A DNA stretch of 64,000 bases from Specibacter sp. (GTDB taxonomy: Bacteria > Actinomycetota > Actinomycetes > Actinomycetales > Micrococcaceae): contig JBKKBD010000212.1 in the NCBI GenBank assembly GCA_046714315.1, positions 30,152-94,151 on the forward strand, written 5' to 3'. The position numbers were made by a program, and so were the translations under genes. Of this stretch, positions 14,934-26,059 are shown one piece after another. Position 1 is the stretch's first letter. Every line of letters starts with the position of its first letter. The notes under the pieces were generated by a model, which worked only from the letters and a program-made list of their open reading frames with translations, ran no database searches and was not told where the DNA came from.

Positions 14934-17828
14934 TTGACAAATACCGCTGAAAATTTGCCGGAACGCCAGAGCACAAACAACCTTGTGTCGGCCGCCTTTA
15001 GTGATCGACACATTGGGGTTACTGCGCAGCCCCACATTCATCATATGTTGAGCACCCTAGGATTTGGTTCTTTGGAGGCGCTAACCACAGCCGCGCTGCC
15101 AAAATCGATCTATTCGGCTGAGCCGATGAACCTTCAGGCCGCCGTGTCGGAGGAAGTCATGCTGGCCGAATTGAAGGAGTTGGCTGGCAAAAACACCGTC
15201 AACAAGTCCTTCCTTGGGCAGGGTTACTACGGCACTCACACCCCCGGTGTGATTCAGCGCAACGTTTTGGAAAGCCCTGCCTGGTACACGGCATATACCC
15301 CTTACCAGCCTGAGATTTCCCAGGGCCGCCTCGAGGCGCTACTGAATTTCCAGACCGTCGTGTCGGATCTGACCGGCATGGTCACGGCCAATGCCTCCAT
15401 GCTCGACGAGGGCACCGCGGCCGCGGAGGCTGTCGCGCTCATGCGCCGCAATAACCGCACAGCCAAGGATGACGCCGTCCTGCTGGTTGACGCCGATACC
15501 TTCCCTCAGACCCTCGCTGTGGTGCATACCCGCGCCAAGGCCATGGGCATCCCTGTGCTCGCGCATAACTTTGACGAAGAACTCCCCGCGGTTGAGTTCT
15601 TCGGCGTGCTGCTGCAATACCCCGGGGACTCCGGGCTGATTCGCGACATTGAACCGATCATTGCCGCGGCCCACGCACGCAAGGCCGTTGTGGCCGTTGC
15701 CGCCGATCTGTTGGCGTTGACGCTTGTGGAATCCCCGGGTGCACTCGGTGCCGATCTAGCCGTTGGCACCTCCCAGCGTTTTGGTGTCCCCATGGGCTTT
15801 GGTGGCCCGCACGCCGGCTACATGGCCGTCCGCAAGGGGCTGGAGCGTTCGTTGCCTGGCCGCCTGGTGGGCGTGTCCAAGGATGCCGCTGGCAACCAGG
15901 CCTATCGTCTGGCCCTGCAGACCCGTGAGCAGCACATCCGCCGTGAGAAGGCCACCTCGAACATCTGCACGGCGCAGGTGCTGCTGGCTGTCATGGCCGG
16001 CATGTACGCGGTTTACCACGGCCCTGAAGGACTGCGAAAGATTGCCACCCGCGTCCACATGATGGCCCAGGGTGTTGCGACCGCGGCGACGGCAGCCGGA
16101 CACACTGTGGTGCACCCGAACTTCTTCGACACCGTCAAGATCAAGGTCACCTCGCACAGCGGCCACGCGGCGGCTGAACTTGTTGCCGCCGCGCACCGGG
16201 CCGGCTACCTGCTGCGCCAGGTGGATCACGATCACCTGCAGATCGCCGCCGATGAGACCACCACCGAGGCCGACGTCGCCGCTTTGGCAGCGTTGTTCGG
16301 CGACAAGGGCACACAAAAGGTAACGGACGGGTCCGCCGTCGAGCTCCCGGCGCCGGCCCGTGCCACTGGCTACCTTGCCAACCCCGTATTCCATGCGCAC
16401 AATTCCGAAACCCAGATGCTGCGGTACCTGCGCAAGCTCTCGGACGCCGATTACGCACTGGACCGCGGCATGATCCCCTTGGGCTCGTGCACCATGAAGC
16501 TGAACGCCACTGCGGAGATGGCCGCCGTGACGTGGCCCGAGTTCTCCAATCTGCACCCCTTCGCTCCGGCCTCGGACACCGTGGGCATCGTGGAAATGGC
16601 CACACAACTTGAAGCCTGGCTGGCCGAAATTACCGGCTACGACGCGGTTTCCGTGCAGCCCAATGCCGGTTCGCAGGGAGAATTTGCCGGGCTCATGGCC
16701 ATCCGCGCGTTCCACCTGGAAAACGGCAATCCGGACAGGGACATTGTGTTGATCCCGACCTCCGCACATGGCACCAACGCCGCATCTGCTGTCATGGCCG
16801 GCATGAAGGTTGTCGCCGTGGCAACGGACGGCTTCGGCAACATCGACATGGACGATCTCAAGCGCCAAATCACCGTCCACGAAGACAGCCTGGCCGCAAT
16901 CATGGTCACCTACCCGTCAACCCACGGCGTGTTCGAGACCTCCATCAGCGCCATCTGCGCCATGATTCACGACGCCGGAGGCCAGGTTTACGTTGACGGC
17001 GCGAACCTCAACGCTCTGGTTGGCTTGGCCCAGCCTGGCAAGTTTGGTGCCGACGTTTCCCACCTGAACCTCCACAAGACATTCTGCATCCCGCACGGCG
17101 GTGGCGGCCCCGGCGTTGGCCCCGTTGCCGTTGGAGCGCACCTGGCCAAGCACCTGCCGGCCCGCGAGCTTGATGCCGGCACCTCGGTGGGGCTGGTTTC
17201 CAGCGCACCGTACGGTTCGGCGTCGATCCTTCCCATCTCCTGGGCCTACATCCGCATGATGGGTCCGGAGGGACTGCGCCTGGCGACACAGACGGCCATC
17301 TTGTCGGCCAACTACATTGCCCGGCGCCTCAGCGAGCACTACCCGGTGCTGTACACGGGCGCCCACGATCTGGTGGCGCACGAATGCATCCTGGATCTGC
17401 GTGGTATCACGGCCGATTCCGGTGTGAGTGTTGATGATGTTGCCAAGCGACTCATCGATTACGGGTTCCATGCCCCGACCATGTCGTTCCCGGTGGCCGG
17501 AACGCTCATGGTGGAGCCCACCGAATCCGAGGACCTGGGCGAAATTGACCGCTTCATCAATGCCATGATCTGCATCCGCAAGGAGATTGCGGCCGTCCAG
17601 GATGGCCTCTGGCCCGCGGACGACAACCCTCTGGTGCATGCTCCCCACACGGCACAAAGCATCACCCAGGAGTGGGACCACCCCTACAGTCGTGAAGAGG
17701 CCGTCTTCCCAGCTGGTGTGGATCCGCGTGCCAAGTACTGGCCAATTGTGCGCCGCATCGACCAGGCCTACGGCGACCGCCACCTCGTATGCTCGTGCCC
17801 ATCCATCGAGGAACTGGCCGAGCAGTAA
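14934..17828 (+). CDS. gcvP: Glycine dehydrogenase (glycine cleavage P protein, single chain)
   Basis: [46 protein letters not shown]-Lys. TTG 14934 follows GGAGA; the ORF is open from 14922. Confidence 0.96.
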   Translation: MTNTAENLPERQSTNNLVSAAFSDRHIGVTAQPHIHHMLSTLGFGSLEALTTAALPKSIYSAEPMNLQAAVSEEVMLAELKELAGKNTVNKSFLGQGYYGTHTPGVIQRNVLESPAWYTAYTPYQPEISQGRLEALLNFQTVVSDLTGMVTANASMLDEGTAAAEAVALMRRNNRTAKDDAVLLVDADTFPQTLAVVHTRAKAMGIPVLAHNFDEELPAVEFFGVLLQYPGDSGLIRDIEPIIAAAHARKAVVAVAADLLALTLVESPGALGADLAVGTSQRFGVPMGFGGPHAGYMAVRKGLERSLPGRLVGVSKDAAGNQAYRLALQTREQHIRREKATSNICTAQVLLAVMAGMYAVYHGPEGLRKIATRVHMMAQGVATAATAAGHTVVHPNFFDTVKIKVTSHSGHAAAELVAAAHRAGYLLRQVDHDHLQIAADETTTEADVAALAALFGDKGTQKVTDGSAVELPAPARATGYLANPVFHAHNSETQMLRYLRKLSDADYALDRGMIPLGSCTMKLNATAEMAAVTWPEFSNLHPFAPASDTVGIVEMATQLEAWLAEITGYDAVSVQPNAGSQGEFAGLMAIRAFHLENGNPDRDIVLIPTSAHGTNAASAVMAGMKVVAVATDGFGNIDMDDLKRQITVHEDSLAAIMVTYPSTHGVFETSISAICAMIHDAGGQVYVDGANLNALVGLAQPGKFGADVSHLNLHKTFCIPHGGGGPGVGPVAVGAHLAKHLPARELDAGTSVGLVSSAPYGSASILPISWAYIRMMGPEGLRLATQTAILSANYIARRLSEHYPVLYTGAHDLVAHECILDLRGITADSGVSVDDVAKRLIDYGFHAPTMSFPVAGTLMVEPTESEDLGEIDRFINAMICIRKEIAAVQDGLWPADDNPLVHAPHTAQSITQEWDHPYSREEAVFPAGVDPRAKYWPIVRRIDQAYGDRHLVCSCPSIEELAEQ

Positions 17829-17864
17829 CGGCTCAGCCGGCCGCAAGAATATTACGTCCCCTGC

Positions 17865-17880
17865 AGTGATCTGTGCCACA
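17865..17880. promoter_or_regulatory. Possible CRP/GlxR-like site upstream of pyc
   Basis: AGTGA-tctgtg-CCACA, 2 mismatches to consensus. Confidence 0.25.
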
Positions 17881-18061
17881 CGATTTGGTGCAGAATGGCT
17901 GCAGGGGCGAAGCTTGCACCACTTTGTGTCACAGAACTACACCAAATATCTATAAGACGGCGCGATTTTGGCCTTAGTGTCAGCCTCGCTGCCCTCACGG
18001 GTGAGTCACTGCTTCAGGATTGAGGCACGTGCCTCGCCACCATTGTTCACACAGGAGTGAG

Positions 18062-21000
18062 ATGTTTTCGAAAATTCTGGTTGCCAACCGCGGCGAAATC
18101 GCGATCCGGGCATTCCGCGCCAGCTACGAGCTTGGTGCCAAGACAGTGGCCGTCTACCCTTACGAGGACCGCACCTCCATCCACCGCCAGAAGGCCGATG
18201 AAGCCTACCTGATTGGTGAAGAGGGCCACCCCGTACGGGCTTACCTTGACGTGGCAGAGGTGATCCGTGTCGCCAAGGAAGCCGGCGCAGACGCCATCTA
18301 CCCCGGTTACGGTTTCCTCTCTGAAAATCCTGACCTAGCCGCTGCCGCCAGGGATGCTGGAATTGCCTTTGTTGGCCCGCCCGCCGAAGTGCTGGAGCTG
18401 ACAGGTAACAAGGTTCGCGCCTTGGACGCCGCCCGCAAGGCCGGCATTCCCGTGCTGCAGTCAAGCAAGCCCAGTGCAGACCTTGACTACCTTTTGGGGG
18501 CCGCTGCCGAGATTGGCTACCCCATCTTCGCCAAGGCCGTTGCCGGTGGAGGCGGGCGCGGCATGCGCCGTGTTGAAAAGGCCGAGGACCTGGAGGAGGC
18601 CCTGAAGGCCGCCATGCGCGAAGCGGATGCAGCCTTTGGTGACCCCACCATGTTCCTGGAGCAGGCCGTATTGCGTCCCCGCCACATTGAGGTCCAGATC
18701 CTCGCCGATAATGAGGGCAACGTCATCCACCTGTTCGAACGCGATTGCTCACTGCAGCGTCGCCACCAGAAGGTCGTTGAAATCGCCCCGGCTCCAAACC
18801 TGGACGAGAACATCCGCAAGGCCCTGCACGCCGACGCCGTGAAGTTTGCCAAGGCCATGGGCTACGTCAACGCCGGAACCGTAGAGTTCCTCGTTGACAC
18901 AGTGGGGGAGCGGGCCGGTCAGCACGTGTTCATCGAAATGAACCCGCGCATCCAAGTCGAGCACACTGTTACGGAAGAAATCACCGACGTGGACCTGGTT
19001 CAGGCGCAGCTGCGCATTGCAGCCGGTGAGACCCTTGCCGATCTTGGCCTGAGCCAAGACACTGTACAGGTCAAGGGTGCTGCGCTGCAGTGCCGCATCA
19101 CCACGGAGGATCCCTCCAACGGCTTCCGCCCCGACGTTGGCGAGATTACCACCTACCGTTCGGCTGGTGGTGCCGGTGTAAGGCTCGACGGCGGAACCAT
19201 TTACGCAGGTGCCCAGATCAGCCCGCACTTCGATTCCATGCTGGTCAAGCTCACCTGCCGCGGCCGCGACTACCCGACAGCGGTTTCGCGCGCCCGCCGT
19301 GCCCTGGCCGAGTTCCGTATCCGCGGCGTCTCCACCAACATTTCCTTCCTGCAGGCCGTTCTTGCCGATCCGGCCTTCAACGCCGGTGACGTGGCCACGT
19401 CCTTCATTGACGAGCGTCCCGAACTGCTTAACTCGCATGTGTCCTCCGACCGTGGCACGAAGCTGCTGACGTGGCTGGCGGATGCAACAGTCAACAAGCC
19501 GCACGGCGAGTTGACGGTCTTGGAAGACCCGGCACGCAAGTTGCCCGACGTCGATCTCGCCACGGCTCCGGCCGGATCTCGCCAGCAGCTGGCAGAGCTT
19601 GGGCCCGAAGGCTTTGCCGCAGCCCTGCGAGCACAGATTCCCGTGGCCGTCACGGACACCACTTTCCGTGATGCACACCAGTCCTTGCTGGCCACCCGTG
19701 TGCGCACAAGGGACTTGTTGGCTGCGGGCCCCGCCGTCTCGGTGCTGACCCCGCAGCTGCTCTCGGTGGAAGCCTGGGGTGGGGCTACCTACGATGTTTC
19801 CCTGCGCTTCCTCGGTGAAGATCCGTGGCAGCGGCTGAGTAAGCTGCGCGAAGCCCTCCCCAACGTCTGCCTGCAGATGTTGCTGCGCGGGCGCAATACG
19901 GTTGGCTACACGCCGTACCCGGCAGAGGTTACCGACGCCTTTGTGCAGGAGGCGGCTGCCAGCGGCATTGACATTTTCCGCATCTTTGACGCGCTCAACG
20001 ATGTTGACCAGATGGAACCGGCCATCAAGGCCGTGCGTGCCACGGGAACCGCGGTGGCCGAGGTGGCCCTGTGCTACACGGGCGACCTTCTGGACCCGGC
20101 CGAGACCATCTACACCCTTGACTACTACCTTGAGTTGGCGCAGCGCATCGTCGACGCCGGCGCGCACATCCTGGCCATCAAGGACATGGCAGGGGTACTT
20201 CGCCCGGCCGCTGCCGCCAAGCTGGTCACGGCCCTGCGCGAACGCTTCGAGCTGCCCGTGCACCTGCACACTCACGACACCGCGGGTGGCCAGCTGGCCA
20301 CCCTGATGGCTGCTATCAATGCAGGGGTCGACGCCGTTGACGTCGCCTCCGCTGCCCTGGCAGGCACTACCAGCCAGCCCTCGGCGTCGGCCTTGGTTGC
20401 CGCCCTGGCACACACCGAGCGGGACACCGGAATCGATTTGGCGGCCATCAGCTCGCTGGAGCCGTACTGGGAAGCCGTTCGTCGCCTGTACTCACCCTTC
20501 GAGTCAGGTCTCGCCGCACCCACGGGCCGTGTTTACCTGCACGAGATCCCGGGCGGCCAGCTCTCCAACCTGCGCCAGCAGGCCATTGCATTGGGTCTGG
20601 GAGAGCGCTTCGAGGAAATCGAGGACATGTACACGGCCGCGGATAGGATCCTCGGGCACCTTGTCAAGGTCACGCCGTCGTCAAAGGTGGTGGGCGATTT
20701 GGCTCTGCACCTGGTGGGAATCAAGGCCGACCCGGCCGATTTCGAGGCCAACCCGCAGAACTATGACATTCCCGATTCCGTTGTTGGCTTCCTCGGCGGT
20801 GAGCTGGGAACTCCTCCGGGTGGCTGGCCCGAGCCGTTCCGTACCAAGGCCCTGCAGGGCCGGACCGTTACCGAACGCATGGGCACGCTCAGCGCACAGG
20901 ACAGCGCCGAACTTGCCGGGGACAGTGAAACACGCCGCGCGGCCCTGAACCGGCTGCTCTTTGCCGGACCCACCAAGGACTTTGAGGCTGTTCGCAAGAC

Positions 21001-21460
21001 GTACGGAGATGTTTCCGTGCTGGACACCCGCGACTACCTTTACGGCCTTCGCCGCGGCGTGGAGCACTCAGTGGACCTTGGCAAGGGTGTGCGCCTGATC
21101 GCCGTGCTTGAGACCATCTCCGAGGCAGATGAAAAGGGCATGCGGACCGTGGTCTGCAAGCTCAACGGCCAGAACCGTCCCATCACCGTGCGGGATCGCA
21201 GCATCGAAAGCACCGTCAAGGCGGCTGAGAAGGCCGACGAGACCGTGCCCGGCCAGGTTGCGGCGCCGTTTGCTGGTGCCGTGAGCGTCAAGGTTGCCGT
21301 GGGCGACGTCGTCGAGGCAGGCGCAACCATCGCCACCATCGAAGCCATGAAGATGGAAGCCTCAATTACGACGCCGATCGGCGGCACAGTGGCCCGCCTT
21401 GCCGTTCCTGGGGTGGCCCAGGTCCAGGGCGGAGACCTGTTGGTAGTTATCGAGGGCTAA
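18062..21460 (+). CDS. pyc: Pyruvate carboxylase
   Basis: ANRGEIAIR biotin carboxylase domain, RDAHQSLLATR carboxyltransferase domain, EAMKM biotin site; RBS AGGAG before ATG 18062. Confidence 0.97.
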   Translation: MFSKILVANRGEIAIRAFRASYELGAKTVAVYPYEDRTSIHRQKADEAYLIGEEGHPVRAYLDVAEVIRVAKEAGADAIYPGYGFLSENPDLAAAARDAGIAFVGPPAEVLELTGNKVRALDAARKAGIPVLQSSKPSADLDYLLGAAAEIGYPIFAKAVAGGGGRGMRRVEKAEDLEEALKAAMREADAAFGDPTMFLEQAVLRPRHIEVQILADNEGNVIHLFERDCSLQRRHQKVVEIAPAPNLDENIRKALHADAVKFAKAMGYVNAGTVEFLVDTVGERAGQHVFIEMNPRIQVEHTVTEEITDVDLVQAQLRIAAGETLADLGLSQDTVQVKGAALQCRITTEDPSNGFRPDVGEITTYRSAGGAGVRLDGGTIYAGAQISPHFDSMLVKLTCRGRDYPTAVSRARRALAEFRIRGVSTNISFLQAVLADPAFNAGDVATSFIDERPELLNSHVSSDRGTKLLTWLADATVNKPHGELTVLEDPARKLPDVDLATAPAGSRQQLAELGPEGFAAALRAQIPVAVTDTTFRDAHQSLLATRVRTRDLLAAGPAVSVLTPQLLSVEAWGGATYDVSLRFLGEDPWQRLSKLREALPNVCLQMLLRGRNTVGYTPYPAEVTDAFVQEAAASGIDIFRIFDALNDVDQMEPAIKAVRATGTAVAEVALCYTGDLLDPAETIYTLDYYLELAQRIVDAGAHILAIKDMAGVLRPAAAAKLVTALRERFELPVHLHTHDTAGGQLATLMAAINAGVDAVDVASAALAGTTSQPSASALVAALAHTERDTGIDLAAISSLEPYWEAVRRLYSPFESGLAAPTGRVYLHEIPGGQLSNLRQQAIALGLGERFEEIEDMYTAADRILGHLVKVTPSSKVVGDLALHLVGIKADPADFEANPQNYDIPDSVVGFLGGELGTPPGGWPEPFRTKALQGRTVTERMGTLSAQDSAELAGDSETRRAALNRLLFAGPTKDFEAVRKTYGDVSVLDTRDYLYGLRRGVEHSVDLGKGVRLIAVLETISEADEKGMRTVVCKLNGQNRPITVRDRSIESTVKAAEKADETVPGQVAAPFAGAVSVKVAVGDVVEAGATIATIEAMKMEASITTPIGGTVARLAVPGVAQVQGGDLLVVIEG

Positions 21461-21477
21461 GTCCCGCAACTCAAGCG

Positions 21478-21549
21478 AAAGTAACCCGCAGTAGTGGTCG
21501 TAAAATCAGCGAAAATCGCGATTTTACAACCACTACTGCGGGTTACTTT
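21478..21549 (+). repeat. REP-like palindrome, copy 3 (no associated gene), between convergent pyc and fadD
   Basis: 30-bp arms AAAGTAACCCGCAGTAGTGGTCGTAAAATC / GATTTTACAACCACTACTGCGGGTTACTTT (1 mismatch), same core as copies 1 and 2, followed by a T-run. Confidence 0.92.
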
Positions 21550-21582
21550 TTTTGGGACGGACCCAGCTTGTTTAATGAGTGG

Positions 21583-23397
21583 TTAGGAAGGCTTCTTGCT
21601 CAGGTAGATGTCTTCCACGACCGCGTTGTAATCCTTGAGGACCTGGCCACGCTTGACCTTCATGGACGGGGTGAGGTGGCCGGAAGTCTCGGTGAAGTCG
21701 GTGTCGACGATCCGGAACTGCTTAATGGCTTCGGCGGAAGAGACCGAGCTATTTGCCCTGTCTACGGCCTTCTGTACCGCGGCGAGGACAATCGGGTCCT
21801 TGCCTGCTTGTGCCACCGTGATGCCTTCGCTGAGGCCGTGAGCCTTGCCCCATTGCGGCAATGCTTCTTCATCCAGCGTGACGATCGCGGCGATGAACGG
21901 GCGCTGCTCGCCAATGACGACGCACTGGGAAACTATGGCGTCAGCCCGGATCTGATCTTCCAGTAGGGCCGGGACAACGTTCTTGCCACCTGAGGTGACA
22001 ATGATTTCCTTTTTACGCCCCGTGATTTTCAGGAATCCCTGATCGTCGAGCTCGCCAATGTCTCCGGTCCGGAACCAGCCGTCAACGAAGGTTTCGGCTG
22101 TTAGGTCATCGCGGCCGTAGTAGCCCTTCATGACGCACACACCCTTGGTGAGGATCTCGCCGTCGGCCGCGATCTTCACGGCATTGCCCGGCAGGGGCGC
22201 GCCCACGGTACCGATCTTGATCCGTTCCGGACGGTTGACGGTGATGGGCGCCGTAGTTTCGGTGAGGCCGTAACCTTCCAGGATTTGCAGGCCGATGCCC
22301 TGGAAGAAGTAGCCAAGACGCTCACCGAGGGGCCCGCCGCCGGAGACGGCGTGGCGAACATTGCCGCCCATTGCCGCACGAAGCTTGGAGTAGACAAGTT
22401 TGTCGAACAGGGCATGCTTGGCCTTGAGGACCAGGCCAACCTTGCCCGTCTGGGCTGCGCGAGCGTAGTCAATGGCGGTGTGGGCGGCCAAGGCGAAGAT
22501 CTTGCCCTTCCCGGCAGTTTCGGCCTTGAGTGACGCCGAGTTGTACACCTTTTCAAAGACGCGCGGCACAGCCAAAATGAACGTGGGTTTGAAGCTCTGC
22601 AGGTCATCGAGCAGGTGCTTGATGTCCGGGGTGTGGCCCACCTTTGCGCCACCAGCCACGGCCAAAACTGAGATGTACCGCGCAAACACATGGGCCAGCG
22701 GCAGGAACATGATGGTCTGGGAGCCCGGCGTCACCACGGTCTGGGCCAGGACGGCGAGTGCGTTCTCACTCAGCTCCACAAAGTTACTGTGTGTAAGCAT
22801 GCACCCCTTGGGGCGGCCCGTGGTGCCCGAGGTGTAAATAATGGTGGCGATGTCATCGAGGCCGTTGGCCGTGCGGGCGGCCTCCAAGGTCTCATCGCTG
22901 ACGTCGCGGCCGGCCTCACGCAGGACGTCCAGGCCATCGCCCTCAAGTTGCCACACGTGGGCCAACGTGGTGAGTCCTTCGTTGTGAGCAGCCTGGCGGA
23001 TGATGTTCTCGTGGGTGCCGGTTTCAGCGAAAACTGCCACCGCAGCCGAATCGCCCAGATTCCAGGCCACCTGAGACGGTGAGGACGTTTCGTAGATCGG
23101 CACGGAAATTGCACCGGCAAACCAGATTGAGAAGTCAACGAGTGACCATTCGTAACGTGTGCGGGCCATGATGCCTACACGATCACCAACGCCGATGCCA
23201 GAGGCGATCAGGCCCTTGGCGATGGCGCTAACGTCGGCCAGAAATTCCTTGGCGGATACATCAACCCAGACGTTGTCTGCATTGCGTTTGGAGAAAAGTG
23301 CAGGATTGGCGGCCAGCTTGGCCTGACGCAGAACGAAATCGGTGGTGTTCATGGTGGGCGGGCTGACCACCTTGGCCGGAACGGAAATCTCTTGCAC
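21583..23397 (-). CDS. fadD: Long-chain fatty acid-CoA ligase (FadD15-like)
   Basis: IYTSGTTGRPKG, EGYGLTET, WFRTGDIG, GHLTPSMKVKR. Confidence 0.93.
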   Translation of the reverse strand: MQEISVPAKVVSPPTMNTTDFVLRQAKLAANPALFSKRNADNVWVDVSAKEFLADVSAIAKGLIASGIGVGDRVGIMARTRYEWSLVDFSIWFAGAISVPIYETSSPSQVAWNLGDSAAVAVFAETGTHENIIRQAAHNEGLTTLAHVWQLEGDGLDVLREAGRDVSDETLEAARTANGLDDIATIIYTSGTTGRPKGCMLTHSNFVELSENALAVLAQTVVTPGSQTIMFLPLAHVFARYISVLAVAGGAKVGHTPDIKHLLDDLQSFKPTFILAVPRVFEKVYNSASLKAETAGKGKIFALAAHTAIDYARAAQTGKVGLVLKAKHALFDKLVYSKLRAAMGGNVRHAVSGGGPLGERLGYFFQGIGLQILEGYGLTETTAPITVNRPERIKIGTVGAPLPGNAVKIAADGEILTKGVCVMKGYYGRDDLTAETFVDGWFRTGDIGELDDQGFLKITGRKKEIIVTSGGKNVVPALLEDQIRADAIVSQCVVIGEQRPFIAAIVTLDEEALPQWGKAHGLSEGITVAQAGKDPIVLAAVQKAVDRANSSVSSAEAIKQFRIVDTDFTETSGHLTPSMKVKRGQVLKDYNAVVEDIYLSKKPS

Positions 23398-23477
23398 AAT
23401 AGCTCCTTTGATATGTGGCGCTGCAACCGTGTTGCTTCACTCTATCCGGCGGACGGGTGTTTATTCCGGTGTCGGAT

Positions 23478-23493
23478 GTTACTGAAGAGTAAC
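23478..23493. promoter_or_regulatory. Perfect palindromic operator GTTACT-N4-AGTAAC upstream of fadD
   Basis: GTTACTgaagAGTAAC; overlaps a minus-strand TAAAGT -10 candidate (23497-23492). Confidence 0.7.
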
Positions 23494-23497
23494 TTTA

Positions 23498-23513
23498 TGT
23501 TGTCCAGCTCACA
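23498..23513. promoter_or_regulatory. CRP/GlxR-like site
   Basis: TGTTG-tccagc-TCACA, the same half-sites as 7182-7197. Confidence 0.45.
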
Positions 23514-23598
23514 CTTTCCAAGTCGGCGAACGCGGTTCTGCTCCTTGCCGCGGCCAGCGAACTGCGCGGATGGGCGGTTGGCTGGATAGAATCAGGGG

Positions 23599-24600
23599 AT
23601 GATTTCGCCCCAAACTGAACCCGCCCTCACCGTAACGTCAACAGCTGACCTCAAGCCCTTGGCGTTGGGGATCGATATTGGCGGCACCAAGGTGGCTGCC
23701 GGCGTTGTTGACGGTACCGGGGTCATCATCGAAGAGCTACGGCGAGTCACTCCGGGCCGCGATGCTCGTGCCGTCGAAGAAGTGATCGTGGAACTTGTCA
23801 CCGAGCTCGGTACCCGGCACAAGATTGCATCCGTGGGTATCGGGGCAGCGGGCTGGATGGACCTCGATGGTGGGCGGGTGGTGTTCAGCCCACATCTGGC
23901 CTGGCGCGATGAGCCACTGCGGGACACGCTGGAAAGCATGTTGGAGCGCCCCGTCCTGGTAACAAACGACGCAGATGCTGCTGCCTGGGCTGAATCCCGG
24001 TTCGGGGCCGGCCGTGGCCACTCGAGGATGATCATGCTGACCTTGGGTACGGGCATCGGCGGAGCCCTTGTCCTGGACGGCAAGGTTGAACGTGGTGCCT
24101 TTGGCATGGCAGGCGAATTCGGCCACCAGATCATCATGCCCGGCGGGCACCGCTGCGAATGTGGAAACCGGGGGTGCTGGGAGCAATACGCGTCCGGAAA
24201 CGCATTGGGCAGGGAGGGTCGCGAGTTGGCGGGGAAGCAATCGCCCATGGCCGCCGGCCTCTTGGAAGCTGCGCATGGAAAACAGGAAAACATCACCGGG
24301 ACTGTCGTCACCGAGCTGGCTCTGCAAGGGGAAGCAACGGCTCAAGAGCTCGTTGCGGAAGTGGGTGACTGGCTGGGTCTGGGCATGGCCAACCTTGCCG
24401 CAGCACTCGACCCTGCGATCTTTGTCATCGGCGGGGGACTTAGTACTGCCGGTGAACTGCTGTTGGATCCGGCCAGACGCGCTTACTCCCGGAATTTGAC
24501 CGGACGCGGATATCGGCAAGAGGCGGCTATCACCGTGGCGCAACTGGGAGCCGCCGCCGGACTCATCGGGGCTGCCGATCTTTCCCGCATCCGCCGTTGA
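23599..24600 (+). CDS. glk: ROK-family glucokinase
   Basis: GIDIGGTK, NDADAAA, LGTGIGG, GEFGH, CECGNRGCWEQYASG. Confidence 0.92.
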   Translation: MISPQTEPALTVTSTADLKPLALGIDIGGTKVAAGVVDGTGVIIEELRRVTPGRDARAVEEVIVELVTELGTRHKIASVGIGAAGWMDLDGGRVVFSPHLAWRDEPLRDTLESMLERPVLVTNDADAAAWAESRFGAGRGHSRMIMLTLGTGIGGALVLDGKVERGAFGMAGEFGHQIIMPGGHRCECGNRGCWEQYASGNALGREGRELAGKQSPMAAGLLEAAHGKQENITGTVVTELALQGEATAQELVAEVGDWLGLGMANLAAALDPAIFVIGGGLSTAGELLLDPARRAYSRNLTGRGYRQEAAITVAQLGAAAGLIGAADLSRIRR

Positions 24601-24617
24601 GAGTTGGAAGCTGACAG

Positions 24618-25148
24618 TTAGACGACGGCGCCGTCTCCACTGTCGTCGTCACGGTGGCTGGGCAGGCGGAACAGCAGATACCCGGCGCCGGCAAGAAACG
24701 CCACGATGACGCCGACAACCAGCAGCATGGGCGCGTTACGCCAGAAGATGACGGAAAAGACGAGAAACAGTGGGCCGCCAGCGGCAGCAATCCAGGACAG
24801 CATGATGGCGGGTTCGGTGTTGCTCAGGCTGGGAGGTTCCTCAGGCACAAAATCGTCAGCGGATTCCTCGGCTCGATAGTCTCGGGGCCCGCCAGTGGAT
24901 GCTCCGGCGTCGTTCGCGGAATCGCTCGGTGACGTTTCTGTCTGCCAAACACCCAAGGGGTCAAAGTCGCTGACGCTCTTGGATTCCGCGCTCTTGGAGT
25001 CTCCGCTCGTGGAATCAGGGGCGGCCTTCATATCGGGCTCATCCATGAAGTAATCTTCGGCGCCTTCGAGCCGCGCAACAAGATCGCGCCACACATCGTC
25101 ATCGCTACCGCCGGTATGCGGTGCACCCGCACCGGGATCAGATTGCAT
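24618..25148 (-). CDS. Hypothetical membrane protein (acidic N-terminus, 2 TM)
   Basis: DDDVWRDLVARL, FVPEEPP, two hydrophobic segments, C-terminal DDDSGDGAVV. Confidence 0.8.
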   Translation of the reverse strand: MQSDPGAGAPHTGGSDDDVWRDLVARLEGAEDYFMDEPDMKAAPDSTSGDSKSAESKSVSDFDPLGVWQTETSPSDSANDAGASTGGPRDYRAEESADDFVPEEPPSLSNTEPAIMLSWIAAAGGPLFLVFSVIFWRNAPMLLVVGVIVAFLAGAGYLLFRLPSHRDDDSGDGAVV

Positions 25149-25881
25149 GGAGGTTCCTTCGAAAGAAATCAGCAGACTGGGAAAAGATCAATGGCGCGTC
25201 GTTGTCCATAGTGGCTACATGGTAGCTGTTTTCCAAGGGAACTATCCGCAGCTCGGAGGCACCGAGCTTCTCCTTGATGACCTCGAGGCTGGAATCGGGC
25301 ACAACATGGTCCACTGTGGATCGAAAGACCAAGGTGGGAGCGGTGACGCTTGGCAGCAGCCCTATGGTGTCCTCGAAAAGTTGTGACAATTGATGAACCG
25401 CGGCGACGGGCGTACGAGTGTAGGCGCCTTCGCTGACGCCCTGGACCTTCATATCGTCACCAATGGCCGGAACACTCTTGAGTACTAACTTGAGCAGACC
25501 GGCATATTTCGCTTTCGGATCGGAGAAGGTCAGGCCGGGATTCACCACGGCCACCCCGGCCACAGGGTGCAGTGCCGCTACGCGTAAGGCCAGCGCCCCG
25601 CCCATGGACATGCCAGCAACAAATACGGTGTCGCAACGCCCCGCCAATTCCAGATAGGCGGCCTCGAAGTCCCGGTACCAGTCCTCCCACGGCGTCTTGC
25701 TCAGTTCCTGCCACGTGGTGCCGTGGCCCGCAAGCAACGGCATGTTGACGGCAAAGCCAGCCTCTGCGAGGTATTCGCTCCAACCTCGCATACTCACGGG
25801 GGATCCGGTGAAGCCGTGACATACGGCTACACCTATGCGGGCCAGTTCCCCGTGTCCTTGGGAACGGAACGATTGCGCCAT
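25138..25881 (-). CDS. Alpha/beta-hydrolase carboxylesterase
   Basis: CHGFTGSP, GMSMGG nucleophile elbow, DHVVP, SYHVAT. Confidence 0.9.
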   Translation of the reverse strand: MAQSFRSQGHGELARIGVAVCHGFTGSPVSMRGWSEYLAEAGFAVNMPLLAGHGTTWQELSKTPWEDWYRDFEAAYLELAGRCDTVFVAGMSMGGALALRVAALHPVAGVAVVNPGLTFSDPKAKYAGLLKLVLKSVPAIGDDMKVQGVSEGAYTRTPVAAVHQLSQLFEDTIGLLPSVTAPTLVFRSTVDHVVPDSSLEVIKEKLGASELRIVPLENSYHVATMDNDAPLIFSQSADFFRRNLHAI

Positions 25882-26059
25882 GATGATGGCCCCTTTCCTG
25901 CCCGGCCGCCGTGGCCGGGGAAGTACCTCGCGTGGCTGCGGCCGTGCTGCCGCGATTGTGTGCCTCTTTCACTAGACTACTGTTGATATGTTCACAGCGG
26001 GGGAACCGCCGTGAACCCGGTTCGTGCGCAACCGGCAGCGCAAGAGGAGGAACATCCCC

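Noticed and set aside
18749-20413. Long antisense or alternate-frame ORFs (e.g. 554 aa opposite pyc; also 15756-16880, 5326-region overlaps, 61357-62310)
   Set aside because: They lie fully over well-identified genes, have no recognisable motifs, and are typical shadow ORFs of GC-rich coding DNA.
12850-21549. CRISPR array interpretation of the palindromes (or of the ftsQ repeat)
   Set aside because: Copies are dispersed and ~70 bp long with no regular spacers and no cas genes; the ftsQ repeats are in-frame and spacerless.
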